The translations under genes and the position numbers were made by a program. A stretch of 63,127 nt of DNA, counting the filler, from Choristocarpus tenellus KU-1152 (Eukaryota; Protista; Phaeophyceae), in NCBI GenBank assembly GCA_964200185.2. It is 11 parts of 11 records of this genome, joined end to end, with 100 filler letters (N's around TTAATTAATTAA, not from the genome) between each part and the next. Parts side by side here need not be neighbours in the genome. Positions count along the whole stretch, not along the records: positions 48,223 to 51,822 come from CAXNAD020019028.1; positions 51,923 to 57,492 come from CAXNAD020010390.1; positions 57,593 to 60,410 come from CAXNAD020024493.1; positions 60,511 to 63,127 come from CAXNAD020026236.1; 7 more parts are not named here. One strand, given 5' to 3'. Below, one piece after another: positions 51,301 to 63,127 of this stretch (its first letter is position 1; every line of letters starts with the position of its first letter). A model generated the notes under the pieces. It was not told the DNA's origin. It searched no databases and saw only the letters and a program-made list of their open reading frames with translations.

Positions 51301-51822
51301 TGGAGGTTTTTAGCACAACCTCGATCCGATAATCCTGGAGACCTAGGTATCATTGCATACTTCAGCAAGAAATTTAATGAAGCTCAACGTCATTATTCAG
51401 CTACATTAAGAGAGTGTTATGCAGTCGTTACAGTCATCACTCATTGGCGACCATATCTTTGGAGTAGACACTTTACCTGCATCAGAGATCATGCTGCATT
51501 GTGTTACTTGTATAGAATGCAAGATACCAGTAACATGCTTACTCGTTGGGCTATTGCTCTTCAAGCTTATGATTTAACAGTCAAACACAAGCCCGGTAAG
51601 CTCAATGTTATACCTGATACTCTATCTCGTATTTTCAAGTTGAGGAACAGGAGAAATCTGTTGCTCCAATGCTGGCACCAATCTGTCATAATGTGCCTGA
51701 AAGTAGTCGTGCATTTACCACACGTGTTCAAAAGGAATATGAGTTATCTGCTTCTAACCTTGACCAAGCAACTCCCGTCCAAAGTGATCGTGAACTATTT
51801 ACTAGTTCCACTACCGTGTTTC
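48341..51822 (+). mobile_element. Ty3/gypsy gag-pol, decayed relative of the 30301-33272 copy
   Basis: Gag LTSLKQGENESVDQY; Zn knuckle CHYPGC..H..C (~49010-49070); RT SPWGSPVTIVAK..CVDYR, YMDDLI; RNase H VDASESG, TRWAIALQ, HKPG; frameshifts and a deletion near 51035. Confidence 0.9.
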
Positions 51823-52216
51823 NNNNNNNNNNNNNNNNNNNNNNNNNNNNNNNNNNNNNNNNNNNNTTAATTAATTAANNNNNNNNNNNNNNNNNNNNNN
51901 NNNNNNNNNNNNNNNNNNNNNNCCACCCCCCCTAAACACGTGTATGTGTAAAATGCGAGGGCATAATAACAATATTATGTAATATTTGGTACTTTGTTCT
52001 AAGGTACTTTGGTACAGTAGGAGTAACTGGGTTTCCAGTTCCAACATCTCAACTTGAAGCTCCACAAGAAATATCAAAAAAAAAATTGTGAAGTGTGATT
52101 TATGTGTGATTTTGCACGGTTACTGACTCTGGAACCCTAGAGTTTGTGCTGTAACAATTTATTACCCTTATCTGGTTGTTGTCATGTCATGTCAACCGCG
52201 AGGTTCGACAGACTAA

Positions 52217-52720
52217 CTAAGGGTGAAATCTCCAATGGGGGAGCATGGGGGCTGGAGCAAGTGTACCTCCTGGCAGCGGTGCCACCAGAGGCGTTGACGT
52301 AAGTACGAGGGGCGTAAAGACGGATAGATACCCCAATTGCTTTCGTTGCTTTTTGTCGATATCGTAGTTGCTGACAAATTGACTGATTTCAAGTTCTATA
52401 TCCACCACTCACGACGACCCTCTCACTGGTAGTCTGCGGCCCAAGCTAAGTGGGCTGGTCGTGCCCACATGCTCCATCTTTGTGTGCCACAAATCGATCG
52501 ACTGTTCGCGCGGGGTAAAGCATGCGGCGACATAAAGAATGAGCATATCACAAAAGGTACAGTGGGCAACCTGGACACTTCATTGCGAAGATGTAACACT
52601 GTGGAATCGCTAGAAAGTCCAGAGGGGCTGAAGGCTGGAGCGACAAGCATTAAGACAATAGCGTTCCGTCATGCCATCACACAAGGGAAATCGAGGGAGG
52701 TCCTGGAGGACGACACCCTT
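52217..52720 (-). pseudogene. Possible hAT transposase C-terminal (dimerisation) remnant
   Basis: RFPLCDGMTERYCL and LVAPAFS..LRN resemble FPxLxxMARxYLxxPASS..LRNRL only across frameshifts. Confidence 0.2.
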
Positions 52721-53253
52721 AGGAAGATTTTGCACACATCTTTTTCCCTTAAGGACTCACACAGGTGGGTATGCTATGACCTCATTTGTTTGTCAAAGTT
52801 GCATCCTACGACACATTTCAGTCGTTGATGTCTTAAATAGTAGTGAGCTTAAGAAATCTTTCAGAAATTTATTCATCTGGCCTTCATGTACCAGACCTCT
52901 TCAACACGCCCTTGGGATCATCTCCCTTTGTCGATAGCACCGTAGGCATTACGTAGTGCTACTGAGTTCATAGTTAAAACATAGAGGTGTGAATCACATC
53001 ACAAATCACGAAACAGCAAGAGCAAGGGAAACCGCACAGAAATTTTTGCATCTGGTCATGTATGTCACCTGCTAAACTTGTCCTCGGAACCAACTCCCGT
53101 TCTAGATGGTCCTTAGGCAATGCGTAGTGGTATTGAATTCATGACTGGAAAATGAAGATCTGTATCGTACCGCGTAGATAATGAAATACTTAAAAACGAC
53201 ACGCCTTATCTCCAATCCCTATTAACAGGCCTGATCATAGATCTCTTCATTCA

Positions 53254-56200
53254 ATGGAGAACACGAAAGGGGAGAACCCACAATCCTCACAAGGGACAAC
53301 GAACCAGACCATCAAAATCAAATCACCCGAAAGAAAGGAGCACTGCCACAAAAAATCGAGTCAGGGGGATATAGTAGGGCGAGGCTATGTTCAAGGGCAA
53401 CCTAGGCCACATCAGCAGAGCTGGCACGGATCAGGTATTCCCCAGGACGAGAAAGAGACTTTTGAGGCTTTTAAACCCCACCAGACATTGCATGAGGGGG
53501 AATGCCCTGGGATGACTCCAAAAGAGGCCAAAATGTGGATGAACTCACTAACTCCTCCCTGTGAGCCTCACCTACAAATTTCTGGCTCATCAGACTCAGC
53601 TGCCACAGATGACAGCGACTTATCCCGGTCACCAACATGTGATCAAGGAAGCTGTAGTGACAATACCGCCAACATCACTACACCAACATCAACGGACAAG
53701 GAATGTGATCGTAACAGCCAGGGTGGCTCCTCCGCTGACACCTATGTTTCTCCAAGACTTGAACATGGTAGTGTAGACATTGGGACAAGGTATAGCACAC
53801 CCACGGGCCTCCCACAAGTCCAATTCATCCACCCTCAGGGAGTGTCTTCCTCCGGTATATTGCCACACAAGGGACAAAAGGTGCTTCTCCCAGCCTTGCC
53901 AAATTGTATCCGTACTCTCCCTGTAGAGGAGGAGATACAGACTGAGGCTCTTGCAACAATCACATCACCAGCACTCAACCTTGCAAGGACAGTTTTTGCT
54001 ACGGGTCACAGCCGAAGTCTAGCAATAGGAGATTCCACCATTGGTTCCACCATAACAAGCCCTAGGCCTGGAAATATTTCCACTGTCCTTTTTGAAGACA
54101 GCACCCCATCACAAGTCGATGAAATATCTTCTAGCACAAGATCAGTTACTTCCCCTACTAAAAAAAAATGGAAGCCACTGCCTGCAGGAGAGGATGCTGC
54201 AGTCAAGCAACAACACCCAGAGACCAAGTCCCCCCCACGCAAAGAAGACACAGAAGAGCAGACTTTTAATAGCATAGATAGAGCTCGAGAAGGTTCAACT
54301 CCAGAAGGAGGAAATGGGGAAGAGGAGAAAGTTGTTTTGAATGGAAATATATGGAAAGAAGGAATTAACATAAGCGACAGCCCAGAAACCACCATACAAA
54401 CTAAAAGTCCTCGATTGAGGCCAATAAGCAGACTTGCTGCCAGCTTTAAGTTCAACACCAAACCCAAGTCCAACATAACTGCCATACTGCCGTCAAGGAG
54501 AGAACAGGCTCCAGACGATATTGCCTTTGAGGACCAAGAAATTTGTCAGGATGCTGCCATTGTAGGGGAACAGAGTCTTGGTAAGGGGGATGACTCTGCC
54601 ATGAATAATGTCACACTCATGAAACTGGAGCTGTCCCCGCCTCTCAAGAGCTTGCCAGGGCCACCACTAGAAACTATGGGAAGTGATGGCAAACGAGAAG
54701 AAGGAAGCAAAGAAGCTGTGACTGCATCAGGGACACAAATGATTGATAATTGCCTGGACAACTTGCCTATGCATCTGCACGGGGTTATGGGAGCATCTAC
54801 AGCTGTTCAACTGCCGCCTTCAGGACCCTTCAGCTTGAACGACAAGGACTGGGTGCAGGTGTCCCACACTAAAATCAAACTAGACTTATAGTATGGACTG
54901 GATTCAATACGATTTGGTCGCATATCCAGTCGGTACTGGAAGAATATTAACAAGACGTGATGTTGTTGTTCATGTGCATTCATGCTAGATAATTGTTGTC
55001 TTCCTTTCGGCATTGGCAACAAATCCTCCCCTCGACTTTGTGTCTTCTCCCCCAATCCCACACTGTAACTGTGTCACACAGTGGGGAGCAACAGGATTAG
55101 GTTTGGGTTAGGAATTTTTTTCAAGTAATAGCTCTTGCTGTCTTGAGCAGCGCAATCTGGGACTTTGTCCACTGACTGTGCACTGTGCTCTCACACCCTG
55201 ACAAACCAAAGCGTGGTAGTAAGCTGAGAGGTAAACCCGGTAGCATCATACGGATCCTCAGAAATGGCCAAAGACACCTCTTGTTGTGCATTATGAAAGG
55301 GAAATTTACTCTGTTGTGGCAGATCTTTTGTCAGCCTCTCTTTTGCCTAGATAACTTTGTTTGGGTGGGCATTTTATTGCACACATAAAATAATAAAATA
55401 GGGCATATTTCACAGGAGGTGAAAAAGGAATACAATGCAAAATGGCCAAAATGTTTTACCTGTGAGTGTGACTCCGACTGGAGATACATGAACAATACTG
55501 GTTGGGAGAGGGTTGTGATTTCCAGGATTGATTGTCTGAATGAAGAGTGAGACAAGTTCTTGTTTCACAGTTCAAAAACCTAGCTCTAGTTGGCACAAAG
55601 TGCTAGTAATATTACAGAAAGAATTCCCTTTCATTTTCAGACATATGCAACTGAATATGCAGACTGCCATATTTTTTCAAAGCAGGCATTTCCTACATGT
55701 TATGTTCAACTACCACACTTTTATGCATATCTAAGGTAGTATCCTATGCTCAGTCCTGGACAAGATCATGACTCTACTGTAACAGCAGCAGGCAAAGGCT
55801 CAAAGTATCTGGGGGGAGGGGGGGGGATCTACTCCAGGGTGTCTATTCGGGCCATGCCCAGGAGAAGTGAACTTACATCATTCATCCGACGCATGCAACC
55901 AAATCACCAAAAAAATGTATGAAATTGGTTTCATATTCAAATTTTCGGAGTAATCTTTGTTCATCCTGATACAATTGCATACCTTCCCACTTGTTGCTCA
56001 TGGTTAAGGCCTAGTGAAGATACATTTCACATTCAGAAGCAACTAAACTGGGCTGTTGCCCACCTCTCCCTTGCTCTTTGAGCTCTCCACACAGGTCATC
56101 TGCTTGAAAGACAACATTTCTTACCAAGAGTGACGATGGTGCAACTTCCTCTCATGAATCCCAACCTCCTGCCGCTCATTGTTCATTTGTGAATTAACAG

Positions 56201-57492
56201 GTACCAGACGAAGACTGCAACTACAATGGAGAGTTGAGTCCTCGCTTCAAAAAGCCAACCCCATGGGGCAACCTCACAGTCCACACCACACCTGTACATG
56301 AAGACAGCTACCGTTTTACCCAGAGTGGAACAATATGGCTCAATGGCTTCAACACAGCTATTCGAAACTCGGGACTTGCAGTAGCCCCAGGAAAATGTAG
56401 TTGGAAGGTAGACCAAGACGCACTGAAGGGAGTGGGTGATGTCAAGTGTAGTGAAAGTGATTTTCTTGGTGAGGATGGCAGTAAAAAAAACTGTGGGGGC
56501 AATGCAAGTGTGGAACAAGCTACCATACCTGTGGAGAGGGCGCATGTAGGGACTCCAATGCATGAGCGACTTGTTCTGTTGGGGAAGGTGGGTCAGGGTG
56601 CAACAGGTGTCGTCTACAAGGCATTTGATCTCATGAGACTCCATCATGTCGCCATCAAGGTCATCCCTGTCAATAACAAGTCCAAGAGGAGACAGATGGT
56701 ACAGGAACTCTCAGCCCTGTATGAGAGTCTCCATGGTACAACTGGAAACAGGGTGGGGGCCAGACCTGGCAGTAATTCCATATTCAGATGCAGAAACAGT
56801 TATGATGCCAGCAAGAAAGAAGGTAGGGTAGAGAGGGAAGAGAAGGAGAAGATAAATGGTAACACTTTACAGCTGGGGTATTCCACTTCTTCTCGAAGTC
56901 AAGAGGTACAAATTCAAGCATGCAAAGGAGCAAAACAGCACCCGCCGCTTGGTTGTAAGGGAGAAGATTTTCTGTCTGAGATAGAATCGAAAACGCTTGG
57001 ACAAGAGTCTGTAGTAGATTTTATAGATGCTTTCGCAACAATCGAGGACTCTACCATTTCCCTTGTGGTGGAATTCATGGACGGAGGTAGCTTGCAAGAT
57101 CTGGTGGACTCAGGGGGTTGCCAGGATGAAGAAACCCTTGCGCAGATGGCCATACAAGGACTGAAGGGGTTGTTTTTCCTTCATTCACGGCAGCAGATAC
57201 ACCGTGACATTAAGCCTGCTAACATTTTACTTAATCACCGAGGGGAGGTGAAGCTAAGCGACTTCGGCACATCACGAAAGCTTGGGGGTGAAGAGGACTC
57301 TAAAGAGAGGAACTATACATTTGACAAAGAAGTGCCGCGAAATTATGCCACTTCTCAAAATGGAGGATTGTCGGGATCACAGCAACATCCAATGGCTCAC
57401 TATGACATTAATTGCGGTCATGCCCAGGAGCCCTTGGTGAGTGCCCTTAAGAGTGACAGAGGGAGTGGAGGGGGGTGGTGTCATAGGGAGAC
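53254..57492 (+). CDS. MAP kinase kinase (STE7/MEK family) with long disordered N-terminus, 3' incomplete
   Basis: Exon 53254-54858 (S/T/P/E-rich) joins in phase 0 to exon 56201-57492: SYRFTQSGT, GQGATGVVYKA, VAIKVI, RRQMVQEL, EFMDGGSL, HRDIKPANILL, KLSDFG. Confidence 0.88.
55797..55915. mobile_element. Truncated MITE subfamily A in the kinase intron
   Basis: GGCTCAAAGTATCTGGGGG..CATCCGACGCATGCAACCAAATCAC; no right TIR. Confidence 0.75.
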
Positions 57493-58597
57493 NNNNNNNN
57501 NNNNNNNNNNNNNNNNNNNNNNNNNNNNNNNNNNNNTTAATTAATTAANNNNNNNNNNNNNNNNNNNNNNNNNNNNNNNNNNNNNNNNNNNNTTTTTATT
57601 CCACCCCCCCCCCCCCCCCTCTCCCCTGCATCACCCATTAACACTACATCACGCATGCATCTACGATGCTTATGACCTCGGAATATTTGCCCCTGGACAC
57701 TCAAGACAGGGTTTTTTTCAAATTTGTACAAACATCTCCCTTTCTTGGGCTTGTACAGTATCACACTTACATCGATTCAACATGCGGCTACACCTTTCCG
57801 AAGCTATCTTGTCACTAAATAGGATAAAAGGACAGCGCAGAGGGCACGAGCATGAATCAAGGAAAACACAACTGTCCATTGATAGAATCGACACGCTGTA
57901 CAGAGTACCGGTTCGAGAACAGTCCCAGGTCCCCTGATGCATTCCTGTAAACGTGTCACTTAGGTGATGAAAGTTGGCAGGGCAATGATGACAAGTGTGT
58001 GGAAGGTCTATTGTAGTAACAATGAGGGGGAGCTTTGAAGCATGGGATGGTGCGTACACAAGGAAGTCAGAGTAGAATATCTATGTCCCAGCAAACCTAC
58101 ATCCTTGGAGGTAACATCAACTCTAGGTCATGAAGCTTTCGAAAAAGTCTTGCTATAGAGTGTGTGTGTGTGAAAGGTCTAAAAATAGCGTGAATCATCA
58201 GAAGTCAAGGATCTTCTGGCGTTCGCTGGGGCAGAGTGAGACATATTGTTCCACCTAAGGACAGTATCATGATCAAAAGAGGTGTTCTACCTCATGCCAA
58301 GGACTTAGGCGATATATGCAAGCGTCTATTCCTTATCCCTCTGGACTTCAATACACTTTCTTGGGATGAAGCATGTCACCATACCAATCAACGTTGAACA
58401 AAAGTCAGAAGAATCTAGTGCATTGAATGTGACCTCCTACCTGTAGGTAAACAGACTCTTATCTCTGCTTGGCAATACGTCTGGTTCCCCATCTCTGCAC
58501 AACCCACACGAAATGCCCTCCCCTCCTCCCTGCTTCATTTCTTATTGGACATTCACTTTGCTGCAGGAAAGCTCTGGCTTCAACCCCTCCCACTTGC

Positions 58598-59369
58598 CTT
58601 GGAAACAGTAATAAAGTTGCCGCCCAGGAATACTCCGGAAACTTCGTCCAAAGCCAGTAGCAAGCTGGCCAGGGGGCTTTGACTAGAGGACAAAACACAG
58701 AATTGAGGGTGTCAAAGAAATGCCTTAACGAGAGAAGGGGAATGATAACACAAAACAAGAGTGAACGAATCTTCTCCCTATGGGTGTTGACTACGTTATG
58801 GAATAGTTGAAGCTTGAAACTCTTGTCTTATCATTCACTCTCATACAGCATCACCTTGAGGTGTTTCTAGACGGGGGATTTCCGACAAACCACCGTACCT
58901 GCTGTCTCTGTCTCCCTTCGTGAAAAAAACCCCTGAGCCATGATCCGGAGGGAGTACCTCTCGACCAGGTAGGAACTTCAGAGAGTTTGGATTCGGTGTA
59001 GGTTCCGTCTGGATAAAGAACGACCGTGTCGTTGGGGTCCACGGACCTGGTTGAAGGGGAGACATAACTGGCACAATTGAACAAGTGCGAAGGAGAAAAG
59101 GGAGACACCAAATACTCTTATTCAAATACGCCGAAGTATCCCAAGGTATGCTTTCATTTGCCACTATAACTCGAGAGAAACACACCTCGGCACCTTGATT
59201 TTGGTCTTGAAGTCAAGAAAGACTGTCTTCCATGTGAATAGGAGTGCAAAGAACATCTCCATCCAGAAGTGGCAACCTCAACTCTAGCCACGGGTAGGGT
59301 TAATACTGTACACTTCCCTAATGCACCTAAGCAAGCACGAGAGACTCGACGAGACGCCATACCATTCAT
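58598..59369 (-). CDS. NFU1: NFU1-type iron-sulfur cluster carrier, mitochondrial, first three exons
   Basis: Exon 59369/59360-59186 (Arg/Ser-rich presequence), exon 59067-58899 (FIQTEPTPNPNSLKFLPG), exon 58682-58598 (SPLASLLLALDEVSGVFLGGNFITVSK); Nfu N-terminal scaffold domain; phases compatible. Confidence 0.88.
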
Positions 59370-60346
59370 TGAGGTCCAAAGTAGCTGCACTAATGTGATG
59401 GGATTTGGAGTTGATACGATTGTTACTACGAGACGGCGCGCTCGTTCACTCAACCACTACTACTGTTCGCGCGCTGACACATTAATCTTTCGTTCTTCTT
59501 GACAACAAATCTCTTCATTAGGAACAGGTCATGGAGTACCATGAAAGAATTTACAGAGCCACCCACCCACCTCGTGGTGACAAACACCTCTGGACTCGAG
59601 ATTGAGGTGAAGAGTTGCATTGCCAGAGATGATAAACCTGCAACATGAGAGGAAGACGGAGAAGATGAAGGAACAACCAGAAAAAAATTAAGACAGATGG
59701 AAAGTCAAGTTTTGATCATTTCTAAGCCAACACGAAAAACGACCAAATGTGATGGTAGGATAACAATAATGAAGATATGACACGGTTATGCACGGTCTGC
59801 AACAGGCATCGCAAATTGCTGGTGTGTACAGCAGTAGGGAGTATTTCTTGTGCGTGATATGTGTAATGAGCCAAACCAACAGAGAGGCAGGGAAGTTGCA
59901 TTTTAAGGATGATGCCGAGAAAGGACAAAAATATATAATTTTGTACAATTTCGAAGACTCTTTTGCTAAATTATGATGTCACTTTGTGTGTGGAAAGGGG
60001 GGACATCTCTTTTGGGTACACTATTGAGCACATAAACCAATGAGAAAAAGTGCATTGCACAGCATAAATAAGAAAGATAACTTAGAATGCAAAAGGGTCC
60101 AAACCTGCCCTCCTCTCAATTGGTGGTTCTAATGTGGTCGAAGTGTGGATATGTAACTCATGCATACTATATATATGTATTCAACATCGAGGTGGGCCTA
60201 GACAGTTGTTTTTTTCAAGGTATAGGTATTGATGTGACATGTGTGTGTGTATATATCCATATTGAGTATACCAAAAGCTCAGTCCCACTTAATGGAAAAG
60301 AATATAGGATACTAATAAGATGGTACTAGTTATCAATACTACTTGA

Positions 60347-60410
60347 GAGTGAAACTATCTTAGAGGGTACGAATTTTTCCCTGTTTGTCCATTTGTGGGG
60401 CTTGGCTTCC
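60347..60410. mobile_element. MITE subfamily B, left end at contig edge
   Basis: GAGTGAAACTATCTTAGAGGGTACG. Confidence 0.75.
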
Positions 60411-60772
60411 NNNNNNNNNNNNNNNNNNNNNNNNNNNNNNNNNNNNNNNNNNNNTTAATTAATTAANNNNNNNNNNNNNNNNNNNNNNNNNNNNNNNNNN
60501 NNNNNNNNNNATGGCAATATGCATAAACAGAGCTCTATTGTTACAGGCAATATATCTTGATGGTGGTTTCATAAACACCATCTTGACCTTGAAGTTCTAG
60601 ATTTGACATATTTGTAATTCTCGACTATCAATTTATAATTTGGTCATTATGGTCCCCGATTGTGATAAAACATTGTATACAAGTTCCTTTTTATACGACG
60701 ATTATGATGATAATCCAAGTGGGAGATCAAGCATACTTGACGACTTGTCCATCAGGAGTCCTATACGTGCAT

Positions 60773-61031
60773 GAGTGAAAGTATCTTAGAGGGTACGAGT
60801 TTTGCCCTGTTTGTCCATTTGAGGCTTGGCTTCCCATGGGGTTTTTGTGATATTTCTCCTATTCCGAAATGTTTCGGAGTAGGTAATATGTATATGTTAT
60901 GAAATGGTGTGTCCGGAACAAGGATACTGACACTTCCTAACAAATACGACGGATAAAATTATATGGAAATCGCAACATTGGATTTCGGCCCCCGAATTAA
61001 CGCGGCCCTACCCTCTAAGAGACTTTGACTC
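60773..61031. mobile_element. MITE subfamily B
   Basis: GAGTGAAAGTATCTTAGAGGGTA ... TACCCTCTAAGAGACTTTGACTC; 4-bp TSD GCAT. Confidence 0.9.
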
Positions 61032-62625
61032 GCATCAGTATCATCTATAGGTCCGTAGATTGGAGCTATACATCCTGTGGAGGTAAGCTTCTGGGGCGCG
61101 CTGTAATACTCTACCTCAACCTCGCTGCCAATTGATGCATGTAAGTGATGCATACACCCAGGTTGGAGAGGGGAGAGACCCCAAATTGGAACCGATCTAT
61201 CGACTTGTAGGACTCATGGTAGGGGCAATGATGCCACCAACTCGAGCGGGCCGTGACCGATTGGCTGTAGCCTTAATCTGCCCGGTTTCAAAGAGGACCC
61301 CCGTCTCCTAAGCTTTTCACTTGAGGGTACAACAAGCAAGCGCACAAGGATGCACAAACTACACCTACCTGCGAACTGTTGACTACTCCTTATGCATATC
61401 TCTTTATGGTAGAGAGATATAGACCTGATGACCCCTTACATGTTCATTTCCAATAAACGACTACAAATAGTACTGTTGTTTTCCATTAAAAAAAAAATCT
61501 CGATGCTGGTGGAGAGAAATGGCGAAAAAAAACATGTTTGAGGTCACCTGATAAGTAGTATTGTACGGAAAACAAGGCTGAGTATGTGTGTTGTCTCCTA
61601 TTTGAGGTTGGTCTGGTTCTGGAATAAAATATAAAAACAGATCCAGTGAGATACGACTTGTTTTCAAACTCTAGAGAAACTTCTTGGAGATGTATGTGTG
61701 ATGCGGTCCACATCAACGAACATACCATTGGGCGTCTAAGTTCAATTCAAGGTAACGAAAAATTGGTAGTATTTCGGATCGGGTTGGAAACAACCATGGG
61801 TAGTAAATGTGTTGCGGTTTCAGATTCCTTTTTCGAAACGCGGATCTGGATTCCATGGCTCATGTCTCAACTTCCAGTTCCAAAACCTCAGCAAGTTATT
61901 GCCCCGCAGTTATATTCGGCAGCCAAAGCAGATCAGGAAACACGCACACTCACCACTGCCTGCTGAATGTTGCTTTCCTATTCAGTCTTTCCTTTTGATA
62001 AGTTGTCCTTGAGCTCTCCTTTCCTTCGATTGATATGTATGATATGTGATGGGCGCTGTTTGGATTGGATGGACCGGGTGTGACACAAAAATTTCCTTTA
62101 TTCTCAAAGGACAGCATAGTTGATAGTTTCCTGTCCCAGATAGTGGGTATCACTGCGATGCGCCTTGGGTTTTTTTGACTGCCAGCGACCCTTCATTCTT
62201 TCTTTCCTTCCTTCCTTCTTTTTTCCTTTCTTTCTAGCTTTCTTTTTTGGGGCGTATTTTCCGTAGTAATTGCCGTCCTGTTTTTACAACTCATTATATC
62301 CCAGACGAGGGGTCAGTCTTCCATCCAGGACCTGTGTGAACCTGTAGTTGTTTTCGTGTCATTGAAGTGAAAGTGTCGGGTGCAAGGGCGATTTCCTTCT
62401 TCTGAACGCATCATTTTTTTCATCCAGTTGCCTGAACCAAATCCGAAGAAAAATCACTTGCAGAGCAGGCATAAGACTGGAGTATCATACAACACGCCAT
62501 CAAGCCCCAAATGGACAGTCTAGACTAAACACCCCCCACCCCTACGCTACAGCATTCCCCTAGATATCTATGTTTTGACCACGGATGAGTTTGAGACCCC
62601 TCTACCTCAGACTAATACTAAGGTT

Positions 62626-62875
62626 GAGTGAAAGTATCTTAGAGGGTACGAGTTTTCCCATGTTTGTCCGTTTGGGGCTTGGCTTCCCGTATGTTTTTTT
62701 GTCACATTTTACCTACTCCAAAACCATTCCAGAGTAGGTAAAATGTATACGTTATGAAAAGGTGTATCCGGAACAAGGATATTGATACTTCCTAACAAAC
62801 ACGATAGCCAAAGTTACATCAAAATCGCAACATTGGATTTTGGACGCGACTCTACCCTCGGAGATACTTTGAGTC
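62626..62875. mobile_element. MITE subfamily B
   Basis: GAGTGAAAGTATCTTAGAGGGTA ... TACCCTCGGAGATACTTTGAGTC; TSD GTT. Confidence 0.9.
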
Positions 62876-62917
62876 GTTGGTATACCAGCAAGAATTTGGG
62901 ACAATAGTGTTGCTTGT

Positions 62918-63094
62918 GGCTCAAAGTACCTGGGGAGGAGGGGGGGTCTATGCCAGGGTGTCCATTTCAGCCCTGACCAGGAAAGTGCACTTACATAATT
63001 CATCTCGTGCATGCAACCAAATCACCAAAGCATCGGACATGGAAAAATGAACCCCGAATGGACAGCCGTCACCCCCCCCCCCCCCCCCCCCCCC
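62918..63094. mobile_element. MITE subfamily A, right TIR missing after the poly-C tract
   Basis: GGCTCAAAGTACCTGGGG..GCATGCAACCAAATCAC..AATGGACAGCCG-polyC. Confidence 0.75.
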
Positions 63095-63127
63095 TTCGTG
63101 TTTTTTTTTTTTTTCTTGTGTTTTTCT

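Noticed and set aside
9081-60510. Recurrent TTAATTAATTAA flanked by Ns as a biological repeat or recombination site
   Set aside because: Identical 100-bp construct with six-frame stops; a contig-concatenation linker. Gene neighbourhoods across it are not real
61422-61460. CCTGATGA as a hammerhead ribozyme core (Penelope-type)
   Set aside because: No stem II followed by GAAA could be formed; same for CCTGACGA at ~9687

Overview
This is eukaryotic, intron-rich, roughly AT-rich DNA, not prokaryotic. Gene and transposon similarities point to a photosynthetic stramenopile (brown alga or a close relative); that assignment is an inference. The window is not one locus. It is 11 short contigs joined by artificial 100-bp spacers (N44-TTAATTAATTAA-N44), so adjacency across spacers is meaningless. 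Spliced genes reconstructed by hand, with splice phases consistent in each case: an unknown coiled-coil protein (-, 964-5362), an LRR protein ending in what looks like an RGS domain (+, 10616-21984, 3' incomplete), TRAPPC11 (+, 43374-48122, partial), a MAP2K/STE7 kinase with large inserts (+, 53254-57492, partial) and mitochondrial NFU1 (-, 58598-59369, partial). Mobile DNA: two decayed Ty3/gypsy copies, a DIRS/Ngaro-type RT remnant, copia, LINE and possible hAT traces, and a very abundant group of MITEs (three subfamilies sharing one terminal motif, with 3-4 bp sequence-nonspecific TSDs). Most worth following up: (1) a decayed CpG-rich gene (37330-41100, -) whose motifs suggest Zn finger + TET/JBP-like dioxygenase + HhH-like 'ExxLC' domain, i.e. 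a possible DNA base-modification module; (2) the LRR-RGS fusion; (3) a bacterial endosymbiont-type Rpn (PD-(D/E)XK) fragment joined to eukaryotic DNA; (4) a ParB/DGQHR-like pseudogene; (5) CpG depletion in gene bodies. No database searches were run; all family calls come from motifs read by eye.
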